Shown here: positions 22,316-31,528 of the stretch, piece by piece
Layout: every line of letters starts with the position of its first letter
How positions within the stretch are numbered: the stretch's first letter is position 1
Source of the DNA: Nitrospira sp.
Lineage (GTDB): Bacteria; Nitrospirota; Nitrospiria; Nitrospirales; Nitrospiraceae
Assembly: GCA_047150005.1 (NCBI GenBank)
Contig: AP038806.1
Location: forward strand, 3,936,001-4,000,000
DNA: 64,000 nucleotides
Reading direction: 5' to 3'
Program-made: the position numbers and the translations under genes
Notes under the pieces: generated by a model
Told to the model about the DNA's origin: nothing
The model's input: the letters and a program-made list of their open reading frames with translations, nothing else
The model's database searches: none

Positions 22316-24403
22316 GTGGGGCTAGGAACCCGTCATACGTCTTGTGAACGAATTCAATCCTATCTCACTACGCCATTTCTGTTCGTTCTCCATCTCTCGG
22401 TACTGGCTGCCTGCAACGACGTATCCACAGCACCGGGGCCTCCGCCGGGGCCGACCGCCCTCGCGATTGACTCGGGCTCCCCTCTGCCGAGTGGCAGCAT
22501 TGGCATCCGCTATAGTGCGACGTTGGCAGCTTCGGGCGGGAACCCCGCCTATTCATGGAGCCTTGTCAGCGGGTCTCCTTCATTGCCCAATGGTCTCAGT
22601 CTGAGTCCCGCCGGTGTCATAAGCGGCACGCCGACGACGATCCAAACCGTCACACCGAAATTCCAGGTGGTGGATTCCTCGACCCCGACCCAGCAAGTCG
22701 CACAAAACACTCTCACCATTTCGATTAATGCCGTCCCGCAGCCGACCATCTCAGCGCCGGCGACGCTTGCCAACGGCATCGTCGGCCGCCCTTATCCCCT
22801 AACAACCTTGACCGCGGCCGGAGGCACTCCGCCCTACAGCACTTGGTCGGTGAACCCTGCCTTACCGAGCGGACTTGTCTTGAACACTACAACGGGAACG
22901 ATCAGCGGCACTCCGACCGTAACGAGCAATGCGATGCACACATTCACCGTCACCGACTCTTTTTCGCCGACTCCTCAGGATGGATCAAGACCATACACCC
23001 TGACCATCACTCCAGCACCATTGCCCCTAATCATCACAACAGCTTCTCTGCGATCCGGAACTCAGCTTCAGACCTATAGCGATACAGTCGTGGCGACGGG
23101 AGGGACTCCACCCCTGACATGGACAGTGGTAAGCGGCACATTGCCTCCAGGACTTCAGCTGAACCAAAGCAACGGTGCAATCGCGGGAACGCCCACGACC
23201 TTTGGGACATTCACTCCAACCTTTCGAGTGCAAGATAGTGGTGCGCCACAGCAATCATCACAGAAGCAACTCACCATGATGATTAGCCAACCGGCCCCCC
23301 TGAGCATTACGACCGGGACCCTCAGCAACGGTGTGTTGAGTCAACCCTACGATCAGACCGTTCAAGCCACTGGGGGTTCAGGCTCCAGAACATGGAGTTT
23401 TCAAGGCGGTACGATCCCCAATCTGAGCATGAATTCCTCGACTGGTAGGCTTACGGGAAATCCGACGCCGACAGGCAACTTTACATTTACGGTCCAGGTT
23501 ACGGATGCGTTGTTCGCCGCGACGAAACAATTCACGATAGCCGTGATTCCGCCGCCGCCGCCGAGCGTCATCGCGCCCACATCGCTTCCAGTCGGCACTG
23601 TCAATGCGCCCTATCCAAGCACGACCCTTCAAGCCGGCGGAGGTGCGCCACCCTTGTCGTTCCAGCCAGTGGGCCTGCCGTTCGGCCTATCCTTCGATGC
23701 GGCAACCGCGATGATCACCGGAACTCCGACGAGCGCAGGCTCGGCAAATGTCACGTTCACCGTCCATGATTCGACCATTCCCTCCAATCAAACCGGCAGC
23801 AAGACGTACACGATACGAGTCAACTCGGCGCTCACCATCAACACCGATGACTCTGCTTCGCCGCTGCCCGTGGCTACGACGAATCAGCCCTATACCGCGA
23901 CATTAGTCGCATCGGGTGGAACGGGACCGTCAACGTATACCTGGTCCATCACAAGCGGCGGATCGACGCCCGCGCCCGGTTTGTCTCTGAATTCAGATGG
24001 CACTATCAGTGGCCAGCCGACGACGACAGGAACGTTTGGCCGAACCTACCGTGTGCGAGACGGGAACGGAGTGACCGCCACAAAAACACTCACGCTGAAG
24101 GTGAGCACTGAACTGACGATCGAATCTGATGATGTCGGTAAGCCTCTGAACGTCGGCTTCGAAACTCAGCTGTACTCAACGGCGCTGTCTGCTTCTGGTG
24201 GGACTCCTCCTTACAGCTGGTCAGTAAGTCCTGACCTGCCGAAAGGACTCTTGCTGGACGCGGTTTCTGGTGGAATAACAGGGATTCCCGAGCAAGGTAC
24301 TGCTGTGGTTCCACCTCAAAAATTTCTGTTTACGCTCAGAGATTCGGTCAATCAATCCACGAGTAAGCTGCTCACCCTGACGATCATCAGTTGTCGCTGC
24401 TGA
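22316..24403 (+). CDS. Lipoprotein with 7 putative Ig-like repeats (array gene 2)
   Basis: Lipobox LAAC (Cys codon 22412); same repeat pattern; start codon uncertain. Confidence 0.85.
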   Translation: MGLGTRHTSCERIQSYLTTPFLFVLHLSVLAACNDVSTAPGPPPGPTALAIDSGSPLPSGSIGIRYSATLAASGGNPAYSWSLVSGSPSLPNGLSLSPAGVISGTPTTIQTVTPKFQVVDSSTPTQQVAQNTLTISINAVPQPTISAPATLANGIVGRPYPLTTLTAAGGTPPYSTWSVNPALPSGLVLNTTTGTISGTPTVTSNAMHTFTVTDSFSPTPQDGSRPYTLTITPAPLPLIITTASLRSGTQLQTYSDTVVATGGTPPLTWTVVSGTLPPGLQLNQSNGAIAGTPTTFGTFTPTFRVQDSGAPQQSSQKQLTMMISQPAPLSITTGTLSNGVLSQPYDQTVQATGGSGSRTWSFQGGTIPNLSMNSSTGRLTGNPTPTGNFTFTVQVTDALFAATKQFTIAVIPPPPPSVIAPTSLPVGTVNAPYPSTTLQAGGGAPPLSFQPVGLPFGLSFDAATAMITGTPTSAGSANVTFTVHDSTIPSNQTGSKTYTIRVNSALTINTDDSASPLPVATTNQPYTATLVASGGTGPSTYTWSITSGGSTPAPGLSLNSDGTISGQPTTTGTFGRTYRVRDGNGVTATKTLTLKVSTELTIESDDVGKPLNVGFETQLYSTALSASGGTPPYSWSVSPDLPKGLLLDAVSGGITGIPEQGTAVVPPQKFLFTLRDSVNQSTSKLLTLTIISCRC
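22412..23025 (+). repeat. Long direct repeat, copy 2
   Basis: Matches 19838-20450; similarity fades after Ig domain 2-3. Confidence 0.85.
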
Positions 24404-24537
24404 AGAGGCTGATTCGTGAAATTGATCTGTTCACCCGGTTGGTCCGCCCCTAGCCGGCCCGCCGACTGAACTTCTGCCTTGATATAGAGACCCCAACCAG
24501 ATTATGAATATGAGGTTTGACCCAAGAAGGAGTTCGC

Positions 24538-25785
24538 ATGACTTCGCTCGCAGTTTCCACATATCGACCTTGGTTATTGTTTGACGGATTGTTGCAACGC
24601 CCCCTGGGACTTCTCCTAGGAAGCCTGTTCTGCCTGTCCTGTGTGACCGGCTGCAACGATGTGTCGGAGGCTCCCGCCCCGGATCCAGGCCCCGGAGCCC
24701 TGACCATTGTCACCGCGTCACTTCCCGACGCCACCGTGAGACAACCCTATTCCATTACGATAGGCGGATCAGGGGGCATCACTCCCTATTCGTGGGCCGT
24801 GACCCCCGCGTTGCCGGCCAACCTCTCGTTCAACGGAGCGAGCGGCGCCATCAGCGGCATGCCGGCCGCCCAAGGTACGACCTCTCACACCTTCACACTC
24901 CAAGACTCCTCAACGCCCCCGCAGACGACGCAAAAGACTCTCTCATTGAAGATCAATCAAGCCTTGGTGCCCCCGGCCATCACCACACTGTCCTTGCCGG
25001 CCGGGACCGTGAATGCGCCGTATCCGCAGACCACGCTCACCGCAACCGGTGGAGTCCCCCCCTTGGTCTGGCAGCCGGTCGGCATGCCGTTTGGATTAAC
25101 GTTCGACGCGGCCAGTCATTCCATCAGCGGAGTCCCCACCAGCAGCGGAACGGCCAATGTGACGTTCACAGTGAACGACTCCGCAATTCCTTTCAACCAG
25201 ACCGCGTCCGGTACCCTCACGATTACCGTCAACGTGGCGTTGAAGATCGACACAAGCTCGCTCCCGGATGGCACGGTCAACCAAGGCTATGGACCGGTCT
25301 TGTTGAATGCCTCCGGAGGCGCACCACCCTATTCTTGGTCCATCGTCGGAGGAGCACCACCGGCTCCCGGTCTCGCGCTCAGTTCGGGCGGCGTGATCAC
25401 CGGTACGCCGACGACCAAAGGAGCATTCACCAACACCTATCGTGTGCAGGACAACAACGGGGCTGCAATCACTCAACCCCTAACCATCACTGTGGCTGAA
25501 CTGATCATCGACACCACCGCGCTGCCCATGGGGCGGGTTGGCGAGGCGTACGGACCGGCGAGTCTGACGGCATCGGGTGGCACACCGCCCTATGCCTGGT
25601 CCGCCACCGTGATCCCGGGCCTCCCGGCTGGATTGCTGTTTGATCCCAATACGGGAACGATCAGCGGGGCGCCCTTGGCTGCGGAACCGAACGGCAGCCA
25701 CGCATTCACGGTGCACGACAACGCCGGTCGAACAACAACCAAATCGTTAGGCCTGACGATTCTGGATTCGTTGACGTCGAGATAG
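24538..25785 (+). CDS. Lipoprotein with 4 putative Ig-like repeats (array gene 3)
   Basis: AAGGAG before ATG 24538; lipobox VTGC (Cys codon 24652). Confidence 0.86.
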   Translation: MTSLAVSTYRPWLLFDGLLQRPLGLLLGSLFCLSCVTGCNDVSEAPAPDPGPGALTIVTASLPDATVRQPYSITIGGSGGITPYSWAVTPALPANLSFNGASGAISGMPAAQGTTSHTFTLQDSSTPPQTTQKTLSLKINQALVPPAITTLSLPAGTVNAPYPQTTLTATGGVPPLVWQPVGMPFGLTFDAASHSISGVPTSSGTANVTFTVNDSAIPFNQTASGTLTITVNVALKIDTSSLPDGTVNQGYGPVLLNASGGAPPYSWSIVGGAPPAPGLALSSGGVITGTPTTKGAFTNTYRVQDNNGAAITQPLTITVAELIIDTTALPMGRVGEAYGPASLTASGGTPPYAWSATVIPGLPAGLLFDPNTGTISGAPLAAEPNGSHAFTVHDNAGRTTTKSLGLTILDSLTSR

Positions 25786-25867
25786 GAAGGAGATGTGCTG
25801 AGCCTCTGCGCAAATTTGTGCGCGGCAACCTCTTGCAATCGACACCGGTCGATGCGCATAACCTAGC

Positions 25868-26539
25868 ATGCGCGATCGTACGTTCAGAACATCAAGATTG
25901 GGTATCACCCTCATCGCCGCCGCAGCCGTGGGTGGATTTCTCGCCTGCAACGACATGTCCAAAGCCCCCCCACCCGATCCCGGGCCGGGGGAACTCACGA
26001 TCGTCACCACGTTTCTTCCCGATGGAGACGTGGGTGAGCCATACGTGACCACGTTGGGAGGAGCGGGAGGCATCACACCGTATACGTGGTCCGTGTCACC
26101 GGCCCTTCCCTCCAATCTCACATTCAACCAGACAAGCGGATCGATCAGCGGAACTCCCACCACGGCCGCGACGACCACCCACACGTTTACGCTCCAAGAT
26201 TCTTCCAAGCCGGCGGACACCGTGCAGAAGTCCTTGTCCATCACCATCGAACCGGCCCTCATGATCACCAGCACGTCGCTTCCCGGCGGGCGGGTGAACG
26301 CGCCCTACCCGGTCACCACGTTAGCCGCAGCGGGAGGATTACCCCCGTTGATCTGGCAGCCGGTCGCCATGCCGTTCGGCCTGACCTTCGACCCGGCCTC
26401 GCATACGATCCTCGGCACGCCGTTGACCAGCGGGACGACGAGCGTGACCTTCACCGTCCGCGATTCCAGTTCACCGTTCAACAAGACAGCCACCGCAACG
26501 CTGGGGTTGACGATCGCCCCTTCGCTGACCAGTCGATAG
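25868..26539 (+). CDS. Lipoprotein with 2 putative Ig-like repeats (array gene 4)
   Basis: Lipobox FLAC (Cys codon 25946) followed by NDMSKAPPPDPGPG. Confidence 0.85.
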   Translation: MRDRTFRTSRLGITLIAAAAVGGFLACNDMSKAPPPDPGPGELTIVTTFLPDGDVGEPYVTTLGGAGGITPYTWSVSPALPSNLTFNQTSGSISGTPTTAATTTHTFTLQDSSKPADTVQKSLSITIEPALMITSTSLPGGRVNAPYPVTTLAAAGGLPPLIWQPVAMPFGLTFDPASHTILGTPLTSGTTSVTFTVRDSSSPFNKTATATLGLTIAPSLTSR

Positions 26540-26713
26540 GCTCGTCTCTTTAGAACTCGCGACACCGGCTCACTCTCCCCTTTCCTATACCTTTGTAGGG
26601 GAGACCTCCTCGCAGCCCATCCCGTAAGATGCAGTCCCGGAACGCATGGGTGCATACCTGCCGCCACAGAATTGTTGCGACAGACGACGCTTTCTTATTA
26701 GCTTGGATCAAGC

Positions 26714-27940
26714 GTGCAGGTGAGTGATTTAAATAACCAGACGCAAGCATCACGCGTCAGCCGAACCGGAAGGGGCCTGTGGGCTCCGTTGCTGTCGGTC
26801 ATTTGCCTGTCAGGACCGATCGGTTGCAACGACGTCTCGAAAGCTCCTGATCCCGCACCGGGTCCGGGTGCGCTGGCGATCGTCTCGCTTTCGCTGCCCA
26901 ACGGGGTTGTGAATCAACCCTATGCGACCACCGTCGGCGGGTCGGGCGGGATCACGCCCTATCAATGGTCCGTGAATCCGCCCCTTCCCCGTAGTCTTGT
27001 CCTGGATCCATCGACAGGAGCGATCAGCGGCACGCCGGAAACCGTCGGAACCACGACTCACACCTTCACCTTGCAGGACGCCTCAAATCCGGCGCAGTCG
27101 ACACAGATCTCTCTCTCGCTGACGATCAATGGAGCGCCGGCTCTGCTGGCTATCACCACGACCTCCCTCCCGGCCGGTAATGTCGGCCAACCCTACAGCA
27201 GGACGATCCAGGCCACCGGCGGAACTCCGCCCCTCTCCTGGAATATCACGGCAGGTTCCCTCCCGCAAAGTCTGGGTTTCAACCTCCAGACAGGCCTCGT
27301 CTCCGGCACACCGACCGCCGTCGGCACGTCGACCTTCACCGTTCGTGTCGTGGACACGACGGGACAAGCCGATACGCAATCCTTCTCGATCCTGATCAAC
27401 CCGTCGGCGCCGCCGAACATCACCACCACCTCACCGTTGCCGGGAGCGACGGTGGGATTGCCCTATAGCCACACCTTGGCGGCGGCGGGTGGGACCGGCA
27501 CGCTCGTCTGGAGCCGTACAGTCGGCTCGCTGCCGGCAAATCTGGCACTTAACCCAGCCGGGATCATCTCGGGCACGCCGACCAACACCGGCACATCAAA
27601 CTTCACAGTCAGAGTGACCGACGCCTTGTCACAATTCGATACGCAGCCGTTCTCCTTGACGGTCGGCGCCGCGCTGACCATCACGACCAATTCACTGGAT
27701 AATGCTCGTGTCGGGCGATCCTATAATGACACGTTGCAGCGCTCGGGCGGGACGGCTCCGTTTACCTGGACGGTATCACCGCCGCTTCCGGCCGGACTGG
27801 TCCTGAATGCGGCCACCGGAAACATCTCGGGAACCCCGTCTTCACCCAGCAACGTGGTCTACGATTTCACGGTGCAGGATTCCACCCTCCCGACACCTCA
27901 GACCTTCACCAAATCCCTCCGGCTTCGAGTCAACAACTAG
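26714..27940 (+). CDS. Lipoprotein with 4 putative Ig-like repeats (array gene 5)
   Basis: Lipobox-like PIGC (Cys codon 26825) followed by NDVSKAPDPAPGPG; start codon uncertain. Confidence 0.84.
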   Translation: MQVSDLNNQTQASRVSRTGRGLWAPLLSVICLSGPIGCNDVSKAPDPAPGPGALAIVSLSLPNGVVNQPYATTVGGSGGITPYQWSVNPPLPRSLVLDPSTGAISGTPETVGTTTHTFTLQDASNPAQSTQISLSLTINGAPALLAITTTSLPAGNVGQPYSRTIQATGGTPPLSWNITAGSLPQSLGFNLQTGLVSGTPTAVGTSTFTVRVVDTTGQADTQSFSILINPSAPPNITTTSPLPGATVGLPYSHTLAAAGGTGTLVWSRTVGSLPANLALNPAGIISGTPTNTGTSNFTVRVTDALSQFDTQPFSLTVGAALTITTNSLDNARVGRSYNDTLQRSGGTAPFTWTVSPPLPAGLVLNAATGNISGTPSSPSNVVYDFTVQDSTLPTPQTFTKSLRLRVNN

Positions 27941-27974
27941 TCGGAGCGGCTCTTCGGAGCACCCGAGATCGGGT

Positions 27975-28003
27975 TTGACATCGATGGCCCCCCCTCATAG
28001 AAT
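27975..28003 (+). promoter_or_regulatory. sigma-70 promoter of dnaE (probably leaderless)
   Basis: TTGACA-17 nt-TAGAAT, 6 nt before ATG 28010. Confidence 0.75.
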
Positions 28004-28009
28004 CCGCGC

Positions 28010-31000
28010 ATGTCGTTCGTGCACCTCCATCTCCACACACAATTCAGCCTGCTCGACGGCGCCAACCAAATCGGCCCACTCGTCCAGCAAATCAAATCCT
28101 TCGGCCAACCCGCCGTCGCGATGACTGATCACGGCAACATGTTCGGAGCGATCGAGTTCTATCGGAAAGCGAAAGAGGCAGGAATCAAGCCGATCATCGG
28201 CTGCGAAGCCTATATGGCCCCCGGCAGCCGCCTCAACAAAGACGGCAGCCAACTTGCCCATAACGATTACTATCACCTCATCCTCTTGGCGCGGAACCTC
28301 ACGGGATACCAGAATCTGATCAAGCTCGTCAGCAAAGCATATCTTGAGGGATTCTATTACAAGCCTCGGATGGACAAGGAAATCCTCAAGCAGCACCACG
28401 AGGGAATCATCGCGCTCTCCGGCTGTCTGAGCGGAGAAATTCCCTATCTGATCGGCCAGAAGCACATGGCCGAGGCCCTGGCGGTAGCGGGTGAATTCCA
28501 AGAAATTTTCGGTCGCGATCATTTTTACCTGGAAGTACAAGCCAACGGTCTCGAACATCAGCGAATTGCCAATGCGGGCCTCATCGACATTCACAAGAAG
28601 CTGGGCATCCCGCTGGCCGGCACCAACGACTGCCACTACCTCAAGAAGGAAGACTCTCGGCCGCACGATCTGATGCTCTGCCTTCAGACGGGCAAAACCA
28701 TCAGCGACCCGAATCGGATGAAGTTCGATACGGACGAGCTTTACGTGAAATCCACTGAGGAAATCACCCCTGCGTTCGCTGAGTTCCCCGGAGCGGTCAC
28801 CAACACCTGCCGTATCGCCGATCACTGCGAGCTGGACTTGGCCCTGAACAAGACCTACTTGCCTCAGTATACGGCTCCTGAGGGTTATACCCGTGAATCC
28901 TACGTCGAACATCTGGCGGTGGAAGGTCTGAAAGATCGATTGAGAGACCGGCCAAGCGGCATTCCAGGCGCGGTGTACGAGCAGCGGTTGCGGGAAGAGC
29001 TGACGGTCATCTGCTCGATGGGTTTCGCCGGCTATTTCCTTATCGTCTGGGACATCATCCGGTTCGCCCGATCCCGCGGCATTCCCGTCGGACCGGGCCG
29101 AGGCTCGGCTGCCGGAAGTTTGGTGGCCTATGCGCTGCGCATTACCGATCTCGACCCCTTGGTCTATACGCTGCTGTTCGAACGCTTCCTGAATCCCGAG
29201 CGTGTGTCGCTTCCGGATATCGACATGGATTTCTGCATGGATCGCCGGGGCGAGGTCATCAACTACGTCGTCGAGAAATACGGATCGGATCATGTGGCGC
29301 AAATCATCACCTTCGGCACACTGGGAGCCAAGGCCGCCATCCGAGACGTAGGCCGCGTGCTGGAAATGCCCTATGCCGAGGCGGACAAAGTGGCCAAGCT
29401 GGTGCCCAACCAACTCAACGTGACCTTGCAACAGGCCCTCGATACCGAACCGCGATTGCGCGAGTTGGTCGAGACGGATCCCAAGGTCAAGGAGCTGATG
29501 TCGATCGCCCAATCGCTCGAGGGGTTGGCCCGGCACGCTTCGACCCATGCGGCCGGGGTGGTGATCTCGGAGGGCCCGCTCACCGACCATGTGCCGCTCT
29601 ACAAGGGCGCCAACGACGAAATCGTCACCCAATATTCCATGGGAGACGTGGAAAAGATCGGCCTGGTCAAATTCGATTTTCCCGGCCTTACGACGCTGAC
29701 CATGATCCGTCGGGCCGAAACCTTGATTAATGAGGGCCGCCCCGATCGAGCGCCGCTCGTGATGGACCGGCTGCCGTTCGACGATGCGGAAACGTTCGCA
29801 CTCCTCTCGTCGGGCAAGACCACCGGCATCTTCCAGCTGGAAAGCTCCGGAATGCGCGACCTGCTGACGGGATTCAAGCCGGACCGGTTCGAGGACATCA
29901 TCGCGATCATCGCGTTGTATCGCCCGGGTCCGATGGACCTGATTCCGGATTTCATCAAACGTAAACAGGGCAAAGTGCCGATCACCTATGAAACGCCCGA
30001 GCTTGAACCGATCCTGAAGGACACCTACGGCGTCATCGTCTACCAAGAACAGGTCATGGCGATCGCCAACAAGATCGCCGGATTCTCGCTGGGACAAGCC
30101 GATATCCTTCGCCGGGCTATGGGGAAGAAGAAGCCCGAGGAAATGGAGAAACTGCGGGTCAAGTTTCTGGATGGCGCGAAGCAGAAGAAGATCCCGGAAA
30201 AGAAAGCCGAGAAATTATACGAACTCATCCAGAAGTTCGCGGGCTACGGCTTCAACAAATCGCATGCGGCGGCCTACGCCGTCGTCTGTTATCAGACGGG
30301 GTATCTCAAGGCCCACTATCCGACCGAATTCATGGCGGCACTCATGACCAGCGACATGGGCAACCAGGACAAGATCGTCGGCTATTTCACCGAATGCCGA
30401 GATCTCGACATCAAAGTTCTGGGGCCCGACGTCAACGAGAGCCACAAGGACTTTGCGGTGGCCGACGGAGCCATCCGCTTCGGGCTCGCCGCGATCAAGA
30501 ACGTGGGAGAAGGGGCCGTCGAATCCGTCCTGGCGATCCGAGCGGAGAGCGGACCGTTCGCATCGTTCTTCGACTTTTGCCGACGGGTCGACCTCAGAAA
30601 AGTCAACAAGCGGATGCTGGAAGGGCTGATCAAGGCCGGGGCGTTCGACTCGACCGGAGCGCGACGCTCGCAACTCATGGCAGCCCTGGACCGGGCGGTC
30701 GAAGACGGCGCGGCGGCCCAGCAAGAACGAGAACTGGGCCAGACGAACATATTCGGAGAAGATTTCCACGGCCAAGGCCAGGCGGCTCACTCGGCAGATC
30801 CGCTGCTGCCTTCGGTTCCGGAATGGGATCAGGCGACCAGGCTGAAGTACGAACGGGAACTGACCGGGTTCTACATTAGTGCACATCCCCTCGCCCGCTA
30901 TGAAGCCACGATCGGTGCCCTGGCCACGGTCACCACGGCGGGCCTCATGGATCTGTCGGATGGCAAGGAGGTCAAGCTGTGCGGCATCATCGCCACGGTC

Positions 31001-31465
31001 AAGTCGATGCTGACCAAGAAGGGCGATCGCATGGCGTATCTCTCGTTGGAAGACCTTCAGGGTACGGTCGAGGTCATCGCATTCCCGGACCTCTTCAAGT
31101 CTGCGGGCGATTTGATCGCACCGGAACGTCTGGTGCGAGTGACCGGCACCATTGACCGAGGCGACAAGGGGACGAAGATCCGGGGTAGCCATATCGAACC
31201 CCTTGCCGAAGTCCAGACCCAAACGGTCAAGCGCGTACGAATCAGGCTGACCGATCGACCGGATACCCAGGATCAATTGCCCCGATTGTTGGATGTCTTC
31301 AAACGCCACCCGGGAGGCACCACCGTGTCGCTGACGTTCCGGACGGAGGAAGCCCTCGAGGCCGACACCGGCCCCCTCCCCAACCTCAGCGTGACTGCCA
31401 GCGAGCACTTCGTGGCAGAGGTCGAGGAAGTGCTAGGCAAAGGGGCCCTTTCTTTGGTATCGTAA
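28010..31465 (+). CDS. dnaE: DNA polymerase III alpha subunit
   Basis: PHP domain HLHLHTQFSLLDG, GPGRGSAAGS, PDIDMDF, YGFNKSH, C-terminal OB fold. Confidence 0.97.
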   Translation: MSFVHLHLHTQFSLLDGANQIGPLVQQIKSFGQPAVAMTDHGNMFGAIEFYRKAKEAGIKPIIGCEAYMAPGSRLNKDGSQLAHNDYYHLILLARNLTGYQNLIKLVSKAYLEGFYYKPRMDKEILKQHHEGIIALSGCLSGEIPYLIGQKHMAEALAVAGEFQEIFGRDHFYLEVQANGLEHQRIANAGLIDIHKKLGIPLAGTNDCHYLKKEDSRPHDLMLCLQTGKTISDPNRMKFDTDELYVKSTEEITPAFAEFPGAVTNTCRIADHCELDLALNKTYLPQYTAPEGYTRESYVEHLAVEGLKDRLRDRPSGIPGAVYEQRLREELTVICSMGFAGYFLIVWDIIRFARSRGIPVGPGRGSAAGSLVAYALRITDLDPLVYTLLFERFLNPERVSLPDIDMDFCMDRRGEVINYVVEKYGSDHVAQIITFGTLGAKAAIRDVGRVLEMPYAEADKVAKLVPNQLNVTLQQALDTEPRLRELVETDPKVKELMSIAQSLEGLARHASTHAAGVVISEGPLTDHVPLYKGANDEIVTQYSMGDVEKIGLVKFDFPGLTTLTMIRRAETLINEGRPDRAPLVMDRLPFDDAETFALLSSGKTTGIFQLESSGMRDLLTGFKPDRFEDIIAIIALYRPGPMDLIPDFIKRKQGKVPITYETPELEPILKDTYGVIVYQEQVMAIANKIAGFSLGQADILRRAMGKKKPEEMEKLRVKFLDGAKQKKIPEKKAEKLYELIQKFAGYGFNKSHAAAYAVVCYQTGYLKAHYPTEFMAALMTSDMGNQDKIVGYFTECRDLDIKVLGPDVNESHKDFAVADGAIRFGLAAIKNVGEGAVESVLAIRAESGPFASFFDFCRRVDLRKVNKRMLEGLIKAGAFDSTGARRSQLMAALDRAVEDGAAAQQERELGQTNIFGEDFHGQGQAAHSADPLLPSVPEWDQATRLKYERELTGFYISAHPLARYEATIGALATVTTAGLMDLSDGKEVKLCGIIATVKSMLTKKGDRMAYLSLEDLQGTVEVIAFPDLFKSAGDLIAPERLVRVTGTIDRGDKGTKIRGSHIEPLAEVQTQTVKRVRIRLTDRPDTQDQLPRLLDVFKRHPGGTTVSLTFRTEEALEADTGPLPNLSVTASEHFVAEVEEVLGKGALSLVS

Positions 31466-31528
31466 CACCCGATGAATAACCAAGAGAGTCTGTTCATCTC
31501 TTGAGAATATCCACAGCCCTGACGACCT

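Noticed and set aside
25823..25837. sigma-54-like CGGCAACCTCTTGCA before Ig gene 4
   Set aside because: GG-to-GC spacing is 9 nt rather than the required 10
19760..27940. CRISPR array, diversity-generating retroelement or shufflon as explanation for the repeats
   Set aside because: Repeats are in-frame protein domains; no spacers, reverse transcriptase, invertase or inverted cassettes; differences are not obviously adenine-specific
27995..30097. 700-aa antisense ORF
   Set aside because: Mirror of dnaE; long antisense ORFs are expected at high GC and it has no recognisable motifs
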